Positions 1 through 11,100 are shown, counted from the first letter of the stretch. The stretch: DNA of 64,000 nucleotides from an uncultured Gemmatimonadales bacterium (GCA_963708135.1 OY970192.1:2528001-2592000); one strand, 5' to 3'. The notes: a model not told the origin generated them from the sequence alone. Numbers and translations: made by a program.

Positions 1-485
1 CCCGCCCGGCACCCCTCTATCCAGGCCGCGACGTGGCGCCCCACGTGCTCGGGATCCGTCCCGAACGCGCGGGTGCCCACGATCGGGTTCAGCGGCTCGA
101 GGTCCACGTCCGCCACCGGCGCGTACACCCAGTTGACCCCCAGCGCGCGCGCCTCCCGCGCCGTCAGCTCGCCCGCCCGCCGGGTGACCTCCAGCTCGTC
201 CAGCCATCCGAGCGCCGCCAGCGGCGGGAGCCGCGTGGCGCCCTCGAACTGCTGGCCGGCGCCGCGCTCCAGGTCCGCGCCGATCAGCAGCGGCCCCCGG
301 GCGCGCGACTGCAGCTCGGAGCTCAGTGCCCGCACCGCGTCCGCCTTCCCGCCGAACAGGATGAAGCCCCCGACGCCGCGCGCGAGCCCGGCCTCGATCG
401 CGGCCGCCTGGTCGCCGAACCCCTCCGCCGGGTCCCAGCGGAGCGCCGGGAACAGCAGCCGCGAGACCTCCACGCCGCCGCTCAC
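1..485 (-). CDS. nagZ: GH3 beta-N-acetylhexosaminidase, 5' part (runs off the window)
   Basis: Not in the ORF track. Manual translation from GTG 485 gives ...GVGGFILFGG...LLIGADLERGAGQ...GVNWVYAPVADV...NPIVGTRAFG (GH3 motifs). 4-bp overlap with the upstream stop; anmK/murQ context. Confidence 0.85.
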   Translation of the reverse strand, partial: MSGGVEVSRLLFPALRWDPAEGFGDQAAAIEAGLARGVGGFILFGGKADAVRALSSELQSRARGPLLIGADLERGAGQQFEGATRLPPLAALGWLDELEVTRRAGELTAREARALGVNWVYAPVADVDLEPLNPIVGTRAFGTDPEHVGRHVAAWIEGCRA

Positions 486-1876
486 GGCGCCGCGTCGCCG
501 AACGGGTCGGGCAGCGCGAACGTCCGCACGCCCTCGCCCTCGAGCGCGAAATGGCCGCCCGTCTCCACCACGCGCATCCACCGCGCGGGCGAGTAGTTGC
601 CGTGCAGCGTCATCGACGGCGTGGCGAGCAGCTCGCCGAGCCTGCCCTGGCGCGCGGCGTCCGCCGGCGCGAACGCGGACGACAGCACCGCGTACGTCAG
701 CTCCGTGCGCACCCGCGCGAGCGGCGTCTCCTTCACCTGCCGCAGGTAGATGAACCCGTCGCCGAACGGCTCCGGGCGAGGCGCGATTCCCGGCCCGACC
801 GTCCGGTCGCCACTGCCCTCCAGGTCCCGCACGTGGATGGCGCGCGCGGCCTCGTAGGCCACGTACCGGCCGTCGGCGGAGACGGCGGCGGGGAGCACGT
901 TGCCGACGACCTCCACGGCGCGCGCCAGCTGGACTGGTGCCTTCCCCGGCCGCTCGGCCGTGAGCACGCCCTCCGACGCGCCGATCTTCGCGAAGCGACG
1001 GGTGGACGTGTAGCGCAGGATCACGCCGGACGAGGTCTCGAGCGAGAGCGCGCCCGCGGCGTCCGGGACGAGCGGCGCGCCACGCTCCTCCGCCAGCACG
1101 AGGAGCTGGCGGGCCACGCGCGCCAGGTCCGCCCGCGGCCCCCCGGCCAGGTAGCCGCGCAGCAGCCCTGCGTCCCGGTCCGACAGCGCCTGAAGCGCCG
1201 CGGCCTGCACCTCCGGCGCCCGGTCCTTCAGCGCGCCGCCCAGCAGCCGGAGCACGGCCTTCGGGTTCACCCGCTGCACCGGCCGGAAGGTCCGCCCGAG
1301 CGCCGCGGCCGAAGCCGCGCGCACCACCGGCGCCGGGTCGTCCAGCCCGAGCTCGAACGCATCGAGCGGCGGGCGGTCCAGCTCGCCCATCGCGAGCAGC
1401 GCCTGCGCACGCAGCCGGGCCGGCTCGGCGGCGCGCCCCGCGAACCGCCGGAGCGCCACGCCGTAGTCCAGACCCAGGTCGTGGCGGATCCCGTCCAGCG
1501 CCGCCCGCCGCTCCTTGGAGCCGGACGGCAACGAGAACGCGGCCCGCAGCCGCGCTCCCGCGGCCGTCTCCGCCGCCGACTCCTCGGGCGACGTACCGGA
1601 CAGCGACACCCCGCGGGCGACGTCCTCGATCGCCGCCGCCCCGATCGTCGCCTCGGCGCCGCCGGCCGCCGGCGCCGCCTTCGCGGCTGGTGTGGCCTTC
1701 GCCGCGGGGATGCCGTTCGCGGCCGCCGCGCCGGCCGGGGACGGGGCGGCCGCGCCGTCCGCCGCGCGGGCGGCGGCAGCCGCGGTCCCCGCGGCGGGCG
1801 GCGGCGGCGGCGGCTTCGGCGCGCAGGCCGCGGCGAGGAGGAGGAGGCTCGACAGGACGTTCAGCTTCGGCTTCAT
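482..1876 (-). CDS. Predicted lipoprotein with Pro/Ala linker, HEAT-like repeats and C-terminal beta-rich domain
   Basis: MKPKLNVLSSLLLLAAAC lipobox; DPAPVVRAASAAALG and DRAPEVQAAALQAL HEAT-like motifs; SADGRYVAY PD40-like motif. Confidence 0.65.
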   Translation of the reverse strand: MKPKLNVLSSLLLLAAACAPKPPPPPPAAGTAAAAARAADGAAAPSPAGAAAANGIPAAKATPAAKAAPAAGGAEATIGAAAIEDVARGVSLSGTSPEESAAETAAGARLRAAFSLPSGSKERRAALDGIRHDLGLDYGVALRRFAGRAAEPARLRAQALLAMGELDRPPLDAFELGLDDPAPVVRAASAAALGRTFRPVQRVNPKAVLRLLGGALKDRAPEVQAAALQALSDRDAGLLRGYLAGGPRADLARVARQLLVLAEERGAPLVPDAAGALSLETSSGVILRYTSTRRFAKIGASEGVLTAERPGKAPVQLARAVEVVGNVLPAAVSADGRYVAYEAARAIHVRDLEGSGDRTVGPGIAPRPEPFGDGFIYLRQVKETPLARVRTELTYAVLSSAFAPADAARQGRLGELLATPSMTLHGNYSPARWMRVVETGGHFALEGEGVRTFALPDPFGDAAP

Positions 1877-1896
1877 CTCGTGCGTCTCGATTCTCG

Positions 1897-3069
1897 TCAG
1901 CGGTTGCGCGGATCCGGCCGCCCCGCGGCGCCCGGCGTCCAGGAGCCGAGCACGCGCGGCCCGCGCGCACCCGTCGCCCCCGGCACGTTGCCCGGAATCC
2001 CGTGCACGTGCGCCCACGCCAGCGCGGCGAACGCCATCGCTTCCTTCGCGTCCGGATCGATCCCCAGCGCCTCGCCAGTCACCACCGGCACCGGCGCGAG
2101 GCCCTCCCGTACCATCTCCAGCAGCACCGGGTTCCGGGCGCCGCCGCCGGAGACGACGACCTCATCGATGCCCCGCGGCAGCGCCCAGCGACGCATCGCG
2201 TCCACGATGCTCCAGGCGGTGAGCGCGGTCAGGGTGGCGACAATGTCGTCCCAGCGCGCCTCGTCCGGCTCGCCTCCCTCGCGGGCGATGGCCTCCACGT
2301 AGGGACGGCCGAAGACCTCCCGCCCCGTCGACTTGGGCGGCGCCTGCGCGAAGAACGGAGCCGCCAGCAGCCGCTCGAGGAGCGCGCGATCGACCTTCCC
2401 CCGCCGCGCCCGCGCACCGTTCCGGTCGTAGCGCTCGCGACCATCCGTGGCCAGCTCCACCGCGGCGTCGATCGGCGCGTTGCCCGGACCGGTGTCGAAC
2501 GCCAGCAGCGGGCCCGCCTCGCCGCGCGGCGGCAGCCAGGTCAGGTTGCCCATCCCGCCGATGTTCTGGAGCACGCGGCGCCGGCCCGGCGCCGAGAAGA
2601 GGACCCGGTCCTGCCACGGGACGAGCGGCGCCCCCTGCCCGCCCGCCGCCACATCCCGCGCACGGAAGTCCGAGACGACCGGGATCCCCGTTCGCTCCGC
2701 GATGGTCGCGGGGTCGCCGAGCTGGAGCGTGGCGCCCCGCACACCGGCGACCGGCGGCTCGTGCCACACCGTCTGCCCGTGCGTCCCCACCACGTCCACG
2801 TCCTCCGGCCGGAGCCCCGCCTCCTCGATCACCGCGAGCGCCGATTCGGCCAGCCATTCCCCCAGCTCGGCGTGCAGCCGGCACAGCGCGGCCGCGGAGC
2901 CCGCCACGATCGCCTCGTGGATGCGCGCGCGCCGCGCCTCGGGATACGGTTCCGACCGGAAGGCCTCCAGGCGCCAGGAGAGCACCGCCTCCGAGCCCCC
3001 CTCGAACGTGCACAGCACCGCGTCGATGCCGTCCAGCGAGGTGCCGGACATGAGGCCGACGATTCTCAC
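1897..3069 (-). CDS. anmK: Anhydro-N-acetylmuramic acid kinase
   Basis: GLMSGTSLDGID, HGQTVWH, DFRARDVAAGGQGAPLVP, FDTGPGN, PPKSTGRE, KEAMAFA. GTG start at 3069. Confidence 0.95.
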   Translation of the reverse strand: MRIVGLMSGTSLDGIDAVLCTFEGGSEAVLSWRLEAFRSEPYPEARRARIHEAIVAGSAAALCRLHAELGEWLAESALAVIEEAGLRPEDVDVVGTHGQTVWHEPPVAGVRGATLQLGDPATIAERTGIPVVSDFRARDVAAGGQGAPLVPWQDRVLFSAPGRRRVLQNIGGMGNLTWLPPRGEAGPLLAFDTGPGNAPIDAAVELATDGRERYDRNGARARRGKVDRALLERLLAAPFFAQAPPKSTGREVFGRPYVEAIAREGGEPDEARWDDIVATLTALTAWSIVDAMRRWALPRGIDEVVVSGGGARNPVLLEMVREGLAPVPVVTGEALGIDPDAKEAMAFAALAWAHVHGIPGNVPGATGARGPRVLGSWTPGAAGRPDPRNR

Positions 3070-3107
3070 GCCACCCCTCCCCGGCCCGAGTGAGGGAGTG
3101 GGGGAGT

Positions 3108-3307
3108 GGCAGACTCCGGGCCAGCCCCGCGGCGCACGCCGGCCGCCGGGCCTCGCGCCCCGCGCGGCGCCCCGACCGCGCCGGCCACCGTGCACAGCGC
3201 CCGGCCGGAAACCGCCCGGAAGCCCTCTGGCCCGGCATTCGGAGTCCGCCGGAATCGGCGCCCGGTCCCCCACCCCGGAGTCCGCCGGAATCGGCGCCCG
3301 GTCCCCC
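3108..3307. repeat. Intergenic inverted repeat plus 31-bp direct repeat (REP-like)
   Basis: GGAGTCCGCCGGAATCGGCGCCCGGTCCCCC at 3241-3271 and 3277-3307. GGCAGACTCCGGGCCAG (3108-3124) is complementary to segments in 3227-3250. Confidence 0.7.
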
Positions 3308-4224
3308 TACGCATGCACGTCCCCCAGCACCCGCGACAGCACGCCGCCCGCCTCGTCCAGCCGGTGCCGCGCGTCGGCGAGCTCGACGCCCAGCCGCGCC
3401 ATGACGAGCGCGGTCTTCACGTGGCCGGCCGCCTGCTCGAGCAGCTCCTCGGCCTCGTCGCGCGTGATGCCGGTCGTCTCCACGAGGATCCGCTCGCCCC
3501 GGTCGCGCAGCTTCTCGCACGTGACCTGGAGGTCCACCATCAGGTTGCCGTAGACCTTGCCCAGCTTCACCATCGCGGACGTGCTGATCGTGTTCAGCAC
3601 CATCTTCGTCGCCGTGCCGGCCTTCATGCGCGTGGAGCCCGTGATCACCTCCGGGCCGACCAGCGGCGCGATCACCACGTCGTGCGTGTCCACCAGCTCC
3701 TGCGGGGGATAGGTGCAGAGCAGGAACCCGGTGCGCGCCCCCCGCTCGCGCGCGCGGGCGAGCGCGCCGTGGACGTAGGGCGTCGTGCCCGAGCTCGCGA
3801 TCCCGAGCACGAAGTCGTTCTCGTCCACCTCCCGTCGGTCGATCTCCGTGGCGCCATCCTCCGGGTGGTCTTCCGCGCCCTCCTGCGCCCGGACGAGCGC
3901 CTCACGGCCCCCGGCGATGATCCCCTGCACCAGCGCGGGGTCGGTCCGGTAGGTCGGCGGCATCTCCGCCGCGTCCAGGACGCCGAGGCGGCCGGACGTC
4001 CCGGCGCCGACGTAGAACAGGCGCCCGCCGCGGCGGAACGCCTCCACCACCAGGTCCACGCAGCGCGCGATCTCGCGCCGCTCCTCCCCCACCGCGGCGG
4101 CCACCATGCGGTCCTCCGCATTGATGAGGTCGACGATCTCCAGCGTGGACAGCTGGTCGATCCTCGTGCTGCGCGGGTTGCGCTGTTCCGTGAGCCGCGG
4201 GTCGAGCGGCTTCGCCTCGTCCAT
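3307..4224 (-). CDS. murQ: N-acetylmuramic acid 6-phosphate etherase
   Basis: TEQRNPRS, GAGTSGRLGVLDAAEMPPTY, GPEVITGSTRMKAGTATKMVLN, YGNLMVDL. Confidence 0.95.
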   Translation of the reverse strand: MDEAKPLDPRLTEQRNPRSTRIDQLSTLEIVDLINAEDRMVAAAVGEERREIARCVDLVVEAFRRGGRLFYVGAGTSGRLGVLDAAEMPPTYRTDPALVQGIIAGGREALVRAQEGAEDHPEDGATEIDRREVDENDFVLGIASSGTTPYVHGALARARERGARTGFLLCTYPPQELVDTHDVVIAPLVGPEVITGSTRMKAGTATKMVLNTISTSAMVKLGKVYGNLMVDLQVTCEKLRDRGERILVETTGITRDEAEELLEQAAGHVKTALVMARLGVELADARHRLDEAGGVLSRVLGDVHA

Positions 4225-4238
4225 CGTTTTGCCCGGCC

Positions 4239-4268
4239 TTGCCTTACGTTCCTGGGCCCGTCTAGATT
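4239..4268 (+). promoter_or_regulatory. Sigma70-like promoter
   Basis: TTGCCT-N18-TAGATT upstream of the M20 gene. Confidence 0.5.
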
Positions 4269-4324
4269 GCGCGGGCCCTGAAGGTAACCGGGCCGTCGCG
4301 AATCCGGCAACGGGAGATCCGCCC

Positions 4325-5515
4325 TTGACGACGCTGCTGGAACGCGCCAGCACGCTGAGCGACGAGCTGGTGGCGCTCCGCCGGGACCTGCACCGACACC
4401 CCGAGCTCGCCTTCCACGAAACCCGCACCGCAGCGACGGCCGCGGAGCGCGCGGGCACCCTCGGCTACGAGGTCCGCACCGGCGTCGGCCGCACCGGCGT
4501 GGTGGCGGAGCTCCGGAACGGTCGCGGCCCCATCGTCGCCTTGCGCGCGGACATGGACGCGCTGCCCATCCACGAGGAGAGCGACGTCCCCTACCGCTCC
4601 ACCGTCGCCGGCGTCATGCACGCCTGCGGCCACGACGCCCACGTGGCCATGCTCCTCGGCGCCGCCCGCCTCCTGTCCGAGGCGAAGGCGCGCGGAGAGC
4701 TGCCCGCGGGCACCGTCCGCCTCCTCTTCCAGCCCTCCGAGGAGGGCGCGGATGCCGAGAACAAGAGCGGCGCCCGCCGGATGGCAGACGACGGCGCCAT
4801 GGAGCGTGTGGCCGCCGTGTTCGGCCTCCACATCGGCGGACACCTCGAGGCCGGGCGCATCTTCCTCGCCCAGCCCGGCCCGATCATGGCCGGCTCCGTC
4901 TCCTTCACCGCGACCGTCCTCGGCGCCAGCGCCCACGCGGCCCGCCCGAACGAAGGCATCGATGCCATCGTCCTCGGCGCGCACGTCGTGCTCGCCATCC
5001 AGAACGCCGTTGCCCGCCGGCTGGCGCCGGACGAGCAGGGCGTGATCTCCATCGGGATGGTGCGCGGCGGCGTCGCCGAGAACGTGCTCGCCGAGCGCGT
5101 CGAGCTGCGCGGCACTTTGCGCTACTTCGAGGAGCCCGTGCGCGAGACGCTCGAGCGGGAGCTGCGCCGCGCCGTCTCCGTGGCCGACGCGCTGGGCGGC
5201 CGCGGCGAGCTGGCGCTCCGCGCCGGCTACCCGCCCGTGGTGAACGACCCCGGCGCCACCGGCCTCGCACGAGCGGCGATCATCGGGACCTTGGGCGAGG
5301 CTGCCTTCGGAGCGCTGGACCCGTGGATGGGCGCGGAGGACTTCGCCATCCTCGCGCGCGAGGCACCCGGCTGTTTCTTCTGGCTGGGCGGCGCGCCCGC
5401 CCGCCCCCGCGAGCACCACACGCCCACCTTTGACGTGGACGAGGCCGTGCTCCCGCGCGGCGCTGCCGTGCTGGCCGCCTGCGCGGTCCGCGCGCTCGAA
5501 GCTCACGGAACGTGA
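4325..5515 (+). CDS. M20D family amidohydrolase
   Basis: RRDLHRHPELAFHE, LRADMDALPI, MHACGHDAH, FQPSEEG, MGAEDF. TTG start with GGGAGA SD. Confidence 0.9.
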   Translation: MTTLLERASTLSDELVALRRDLHRHPELAFHETRTAATAAERAGTLGYEVRTGVGRTGVVAELRNGRGPIVALRADMDALPIHEESDVPYRSTVAGVMHACGHDAHVAMLLGAARLLSEAKARGELPAGTVRLLFQPSEEGADAENKSGARRMADDGAMERVAAVFGLHIGGHLEAGRIFLAQPGPIMAGSVSFTATVLGASAHAARPNEGIDAIVLGAHVVLAIQNAVARRLAPDEQGVISIGMVRGGVAENVLAERVELRGTLRYFEEPVRETLERELRRAVSVADALGGRGELALRAGYPPVVNDPGATGLARAAIIGTLGEAAFGALDPWMGAEDFAILAREAPGCFFWLGGAPARPREHHTPTFDVDEAVLPRGAAVLAACAVRALEAHGT

Positions 5516-5546
5516 GACCGATTCCCCTGGTGGATCCGTAGCATCG

Positions 5547-6209
5547 ATGAAGCGACGTATGACGTCCCGACTCGCGGCGGGCGGCGCGCTCGCCGCCGCC
5601 CTCGCGCTCCTCGCCACACCCGGAGCGGCGCAGCGGCGGACGAACGGACCCCCGAAGACCTCGGCAAGTGCGTTCCTGGTCTGGTACCCGGACCCCGGCA
5701 CCCTCACCGATCCGGCGATCGACGGGCGAGCCGAGACGCGCTGGGACTTCGGCGCCGGGGTGGGGCCCGGGCTCGCGCTGCACCGCACCCTGGCCCCGGG
5801 CTTCGCGCTCGGTGTCGAGGGCACCTATGCCTCGTCCATACCGGTCGAGATCACGACCACCTGCCCGCCGGATGTCACTTGCGCGGCGGTGCTTGCGACC
5901 GCGTCAGGCCACGCCAGGCTCGCGTCCGCCATGGCGTCGGCCCGGCTCGAGACCGGCGGTGGCGGTGCCGTCGCCTTCTACTTCACGGGCTCGGCCGGCT
6001 TCTTCTTCTGGGGCATGCCGGCCCCCGTTAGCCGCTGGGACCACGACCTCGCGCTGCGCCCCGCCGCGGGGCTCCAGCTCGCGCTCGCGCCCCGCTCGGC
6101 GCTTTTCCTGGAGTGGGGGCAGCTCTGGGCGTTCCACGACCACGAGGGCGTGAAGAGCAACACGCACAAGTTCTCGCAGATCCGCCTGGGAGGTAGACTG
6201 GGATGGTGA
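5547..6209 (+). CDS. Predicted outer-membrane beta-barrel protein
   Basis: Signal peptide (A-A-Q), alternating beta-strand pattern, C-terminal RLGGRLGW. Confidence 0.55.
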   Translation: MKRRMTSRLAAGGALAAALALLATPGAAQRRTNGPPKTSASAFLVWYPDPGTLTDPAIDGRAETRWDFGAGVGPGLALHRTLAPGFALGVEGTYASSIPVEITTTCPPDVTCAAVLATASGHARLASAMASARLETGGGGAVAFYFTGSAGFFFWGMPAPVSRWDHDLALRPAAGLQLALAPRSALFLEWGQLWAFHDHEGVKSNTHKFSQIRLGGRLGW

Positions 6210-7993
6210 TCCTGAATGCGACGCTCCCGCCGCGTGCCCGCCGCGCCGCGGCCGGCCTGCTCGCCGCCGCTCTGCTCGCCGCTTGCGGCGCGCGGCCGCA
6301 CACCACCACGCCGGTCCAGCGCGCCACCGCCGAGATGGCCGGCAAGGTGCCCACCGCCTGGCCCTTCGCCCTGCACCCGAGGCCGACCCTCGCGAGCCAC
6401 GGCATGGTGGCCAGCGATGCGCCGCTGGCCACCCGGGTCGGCGTGGACATCCTGAAGCGCGGCGGGAATGCGGTGGACGCCGCCGTCGCCACCGCCTTCA
6501 CGCTTGCCGTCGTCTACCCCGAGGCGGGCAACATCGGCGGCGGCGGCTTCATGGTCATCCGCATGCCCGACGGGCGCAGCGCCACCCTGGACTTCCGCGA
6601 GAAGGCGCCGCTCGCCGCAACCCACGACATGTACCTCGACTCCGCCGGCAAGCTGACGGACCTGTCCATCAACGGCCCGCTCGCCTCCGGCGTGCCCGGC
6701 TCCGTCATGGGGCTCTGGGTGGCGCACCGGAAGTTTGGCAAGCTGCCCTGGGCCGAGCTCCTCGCCCCGGCCATTCGCTACGCGGAACAGGGGTTCCGCG
6801 TGGACGCGCAGCTCGCCGCATCGCTGAAGGAGGCCGCGCCCCGGCTCGCGAAGAACGCCAGCGCCGCCGCCATCTACCTGCCCGGCGGACGCCCGCCTGC
6901 GCAGGGCTCCCTCTTCAGGAATCCCGACCTCGGCAGGACCCTCCAGCGCATCGCCGACAAGGGCGCACCCGGCTTCTACGGGGGCCCGACCGCCGATCTC
7001 ATTGCCGCCGAGATGAAGCGCGACGGCGGCATCATCACCACCGAGGACCTGGCCAGGTACGACGCCGAGTGGCGCGACCCCGTGGAGTTCGACTATCGAG
7101 GATACAAGGTCATCTCCATGCCGCCGCCCTCCTCCGGCGGGCTGACCCTCGGCCTCATCTGCGACATCGTCGAGGGCTACGACCTGGGCGGGCTCGGCTG
7201 GCACTCGCCCGAGGCGCTCCACTACGAGGCCGAGGCCATGCGCCGCGCCTTCGCCGACCGCAACCACTTCCTCGGCGATCCGGACTTCGTCCACGACCCG
7301 CGCGCCATGTTCCTCTCGAGGGACTACGCCGCGAAGCAGCGCGCCACCATCGCGCCCGACCGCGCAACCCGCTCCACCGACGTTCGGCCCGGCCTCGGCG
7401 AGGTCACCGAGGGCACCCAGACCACCCACTTCGACGTCGTGGACGCGGACGGCGGCGCCGTCGCCACCACCACCACCCTCAACGAGCTCTACGGCTCCGG
7501 CGTGGGCGTCGCAGGCGCAGGATTCGTCCTCAACGACGAGATGGACGACTTCGCCTCCAAGCCCGGGGCGCCCAACATGTTCGGCCTCGTCCAGGGCGAG
7601 GTGAACTCCATCGCCCCCGGCAAGCGCCCACTCTCCGCCATGACCCCGACCATCGTGCTCGGCAGGGACGGCAAGCCCCTCCTGGTCACCGGCGCCCGCG
7701 GCGGCCCGCGCATCATCAACGCCACCTTTCAGGTGCTCTCCAACGTGCTCGACTACGGCATGGACATCGGCTCCGCCGTGAACGCACCGCGCATCCACAT
7801 GCAGCACCTGCCCGACGTGCTCGGCTACGAGCGCGACGGACTCTCCGCCGGGACCGTGCAGGCCCTCGAGGCCATGGGCCACCACATCCAGCCCCGCGGC
7901 GGCGTCGCCAACGCGCCCTCGCTCCTCCGTGTTGGCGGCGTCTGGACCGGCCACGCCGACCCGCGCTCGGGAGGACTGGCCGCCGGCTATTGA
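6203..7993 (+). CDS. ggt: Gamma-glutamyltransferase (lipoprotein)
   Basis: GGNAVDAAVA, GNIGGGGF, DFREKAP, TTHFDVVD, LNDEMDDF, PGKRPLSAMTP; LAAC lipobox. Confidence 0.95.
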   Translation: MVILNATLPPRARRAAAGLLAAALLAACGARPHTTTPVQRATAEMAGKVPTAWPFALHPRPTLASHGMVASDAPLATRVGVDILKRGGNAVDAAVATAFTLAVVYPEAGNIGGGGFMVIRMPDGRSATLDFREKAPLAATHDMYLDSAGKLTDLSINGPLASGVPGSVMGLWVAHRKFGKLPWAELLAPAIRYAEQGFRVDAQLAASLKEAAPRLAKNASAAAIYLPGGRPPAQGSLFRNPDLGRTLQRIADKGAPGFYGGPTADLIAAEMKRDGGIITTEDLARYDAEWRDPVEFDYRGYKVISMPPPSSGGLTLGLICDIVEGYDLGGLGWHSPEALHYEAEAMRRAFADRNHFLGDPDFVHDPRAMFLSRDYAAKQRATIAPDRATRSTDVRPGLGEVTEGTQTTHFDVVDADGGAVATTTTLNELYGSGVGVAGAGFVLNDEMDDFASKPGAPNMFGLVQGEVNSIAPGKRPLSAMTPTIVLGRDGKPLLVTGARGGPRIINATFQVLSNVLDYGMDIGSAVNAPRIHMQHLPDVLGYERDGLSAGTVQALEAMGHHIQPRGGVANAPSLLRVGGVWTGHADPRSGGLAAGY

Positions 7994-8102
7994 GCGGGGA
8001 CCCGCCCGCCCGCCTCACCCCTGGCGGCGGTGCATACCACGTGCGAAGGCCCGTGGGCCACCTCGGCTCACGGGCCTCTTCACGGCCGCGCGCCCACCTC
8101 CC

Positions 8103-11100
8103 TCAGTGCCCTGGTCCGCCGCCCGGCGCTGCTCCGTGGTCGTAGTAGTCGACGCCCCGGTCGTCCGCCCTCAGCTCCGGCTTCGTCAGCCACCAGCGCG
8201 TGCCGTACGGCCGCGCCACCGGCCACACTTCGTCGAGCGTCATGCCGTCGTACAGCACGCCGCCCTGCATGACGTAGTGGATCCTGTTGGTGTTGTGGAT
8301 GTCGTCGAGCGGGTTCGCGTCCAGCACCAGCAGGTCCGCCAGCTTGCCCGGCTCCAGCGTGCCCAGCTCATCCGAGACGCCGAGGAAGTGCGCGCCATCC
8401 ACGCTCGCCACCTCCAGCGCGCCCATCGGGCCCAGCGCGCTGGCCGCCATCCACACCTCCCATTGCGCGCCGATCCCCTGCGCCTGCCCGTGTGAGCCGA
8501 TGGCGCCGTACCCGCCCGCGGCGCGCACGTCCGCCAGCCCCTGCGCGATGAACGGGAAGCTGTAGTCGGTCTCCGGGCGCAGCATCCGTCGCCGCAGCTG
8601 CGGCATGATCTGCTGCCACGGCATCCACAGCTGCTGCTTCGGGCTCTTCCAGACGTCGCTCGACTGGTAGAAGTACTCCTCGTTCCACGGCCCCGGCCCG
8701 CCCACGATGAACGTCGGCGAGTAGACGGCGTGCGCCAGCCCGAAGAACTTCGCCGCGTCGCCGTACAGCGGGGTGTAGCTCATCGGGTGCTCGAAGCCGG
8801 TCTGCCCGTCCATGATCATGCCGAGGTTGTACGCCAGGTCGCTCCCTTCCGCCGTCACCTTCAGCCCCAGCTTCCTCGCCGCGTCCGACACCCACTGCCG
8901 CTGCTCCCGCCGCGACTGGAGGTACTGCTTCATCGTCACCGCGCCCCACGACTTCAGCCTCGCCACGTTGTCGTATGCCACCCGGTAGCTCGTGAGCGAG
9001 TTCTGCCGCGCGCCATCGCCCCGGTACAGCGGGTCGCCCGTGCTGTACGTCCGTGGCCCCACGACCAGGCCGGCCTCGATCAGCTCCGCCGTCGGGAACA
9101 CCTCCTCCGACCACGTGGACGGATCCAGGCTCGTCGTCACGCCGTAGGCGAGGTTCACCGCCTCTTCGTAGCTGTGCTGCGGGACGATCCCCCGGCTCTC
9201 CCGGTAATGGTGCGCGTGCATGTCAACGAAGCCCGGGATGATGGTCTTCCCCGTCGCGTCCATCACCCGGTCCGCGCCCGCCGTCGAGCACGTCCCGACG
9301 CACGAGAGCCGCGCCCCCTTCACCACGATCGTGCCGTCCTCGATCACCTGACGGTCCCTGAGCGTGATGATCCGCGCGTGCGTCAGGGCCACGCTCCCCT
9401 TCGGCGTGTTCCGCGGCACCATGAGGTGCACCGCGAACGTGTCCGTCTTCTCGCTACCCACGTGGTGGACGTAGAAGTGGTTCCCGCTCGTGAACTCCAC
9501 GGCCGACGCGTCCCGCCAGCGCGGGAAGAGGCCTCCCTGGGTGCTCAGCTGCCGCACCGGCAGGTCCGCGTGGCGCTTCTCGATGTCCACCGGCTCCCCG
9601 CCCGTCCCCACCATCGGCAGCGGCGTCAGGTAGACGTTGTCCCCCTCCTGGAAGGCCACCCACTTCCCGTCCGGCGAGGGCGCGGCCTCGTCCGCGAAGG
9701 GGAACGTCATGTGCTCCCGCTCGTCGCTGCCGTCCGGCTTCACCGACACCAGCGCCGTCACCGTCTTCCCCTTCACCTTCTCCTGGCGCGGGAAGAACAG
9801 CCGCCCGTCCGGCCCGAACGACGGCTCCACGATCTGGCTGCGGCTGTTCGAGAAGAACCCAGCCCCCAGCGGCTGGTCCACGGCCGCCAAGACCGTCCCG
9901 GCCCCGCCTCCGGCAGGCACTCTCACCAGGTCGTACGACGGCGTCTCCACCAGCCCCCGCCCGTGCGCCGTCTCCCCCGTCCCGCGCGCCACCACGATCG
10001 AGGCGCCATCCGGGCTCCACACCGGGTTCACGTACTCCGCCACCTCGGGCGTGAGCGCCTGCGGCGCGCCGCCGCCCACCGGCACCTTCCAGAGCTTCGC
10101 GCCGCCCGCCGCATCGTCCCAGCTCGTGAACGCCACCCACCGCCCGTCCGGCGAGAGCGCCGGCCCGTACTCGAACGCCGTGAACGATGCCGGCGTCAGC
10201 CGCTGCGGTGTGCCCCCCGGCAGCGCCACACGCCAGATGTGCCCCACCGCCTGGAACACCAGCGTCTTTCCGTCCGGCGTGCTCGCGCCCCAGCGCAGAA
10301 AATGCGACTCGAACGCCCCGTCCGTGATCTGCACCGGCGCGTACGCCATCTCCGAGATCGTGCGGTGCACCCGCGCCGTGAACGGAATCGTCGCAACCGA
10401 GCCCGTGGCCACGTCCACCCGCCTCAGCTTGCCGCCCTGCGAGAGGTAGATCGACTTGCCGTCCGGCGCCCACCGGTAGCCCGGCAGCACGCGCAGCGTC
10501 TTGATCCCCTCCGCGTTGTCCTCCGTGATCGGGTCCATCAGGATCCGCTCGGCCCCGGTCTCGAGGTCCCGCAACCATAGCGCCGTGCGCGGGCCGAAGC
10601 GGTGCCCCTTGTAGGAGATCGTGCCATCCGGGATCCGCCGCGCGAACGCCAGCCACTTCCCGTCCGGCGAAACCTCCGGCGCGATCGCTCCCCCGCTCGA
10701 CGCCCGGATCTGCTGTTCCCCCTCGCCCGTCGTGATCTCCCGGATCCGCCCCGTGCGCCGGTCCAGCCGCCGGATCTGCCACGCCCCCAATGTGATGTCG
10801 CGCGGGTACCGCCCGTTCGAGACCTGAAAGTAGAGGTAGCGCCCGTCCGGCCCCGGGGAGGGCCAGGACGCGCCCGTCTCGTCCTTCGCGTCCACCAGCT
10901 TCACGCCCGTCCCGCCCTCCCGGTGGTAGAGCCACAGCCCGCCCTGCCCCGCACCCGCCGTGCGGTCCTCGCCCGCCCATTGCCGCTGCACCACGATGTA
11001 CTGTCCGTCCGGCGTCCAGCGCGGCTCCACCACCCGGATGTTCTCATCCTGGAAAACCGCCCGCGGGTGCGAGCCGTCCGCGTCCATCAGCCACAGGTTG

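Noticed and set aside
3241..3307. Possible CRISPR array
   Set aside because: Only two repeats with a 5-bp gap and no cas genes.
5528..5543. GG-N10-GC motif before the beta-barrel gene
   Set aside because: TAGC rather than TTGC, and only 3 nt from the ATG.
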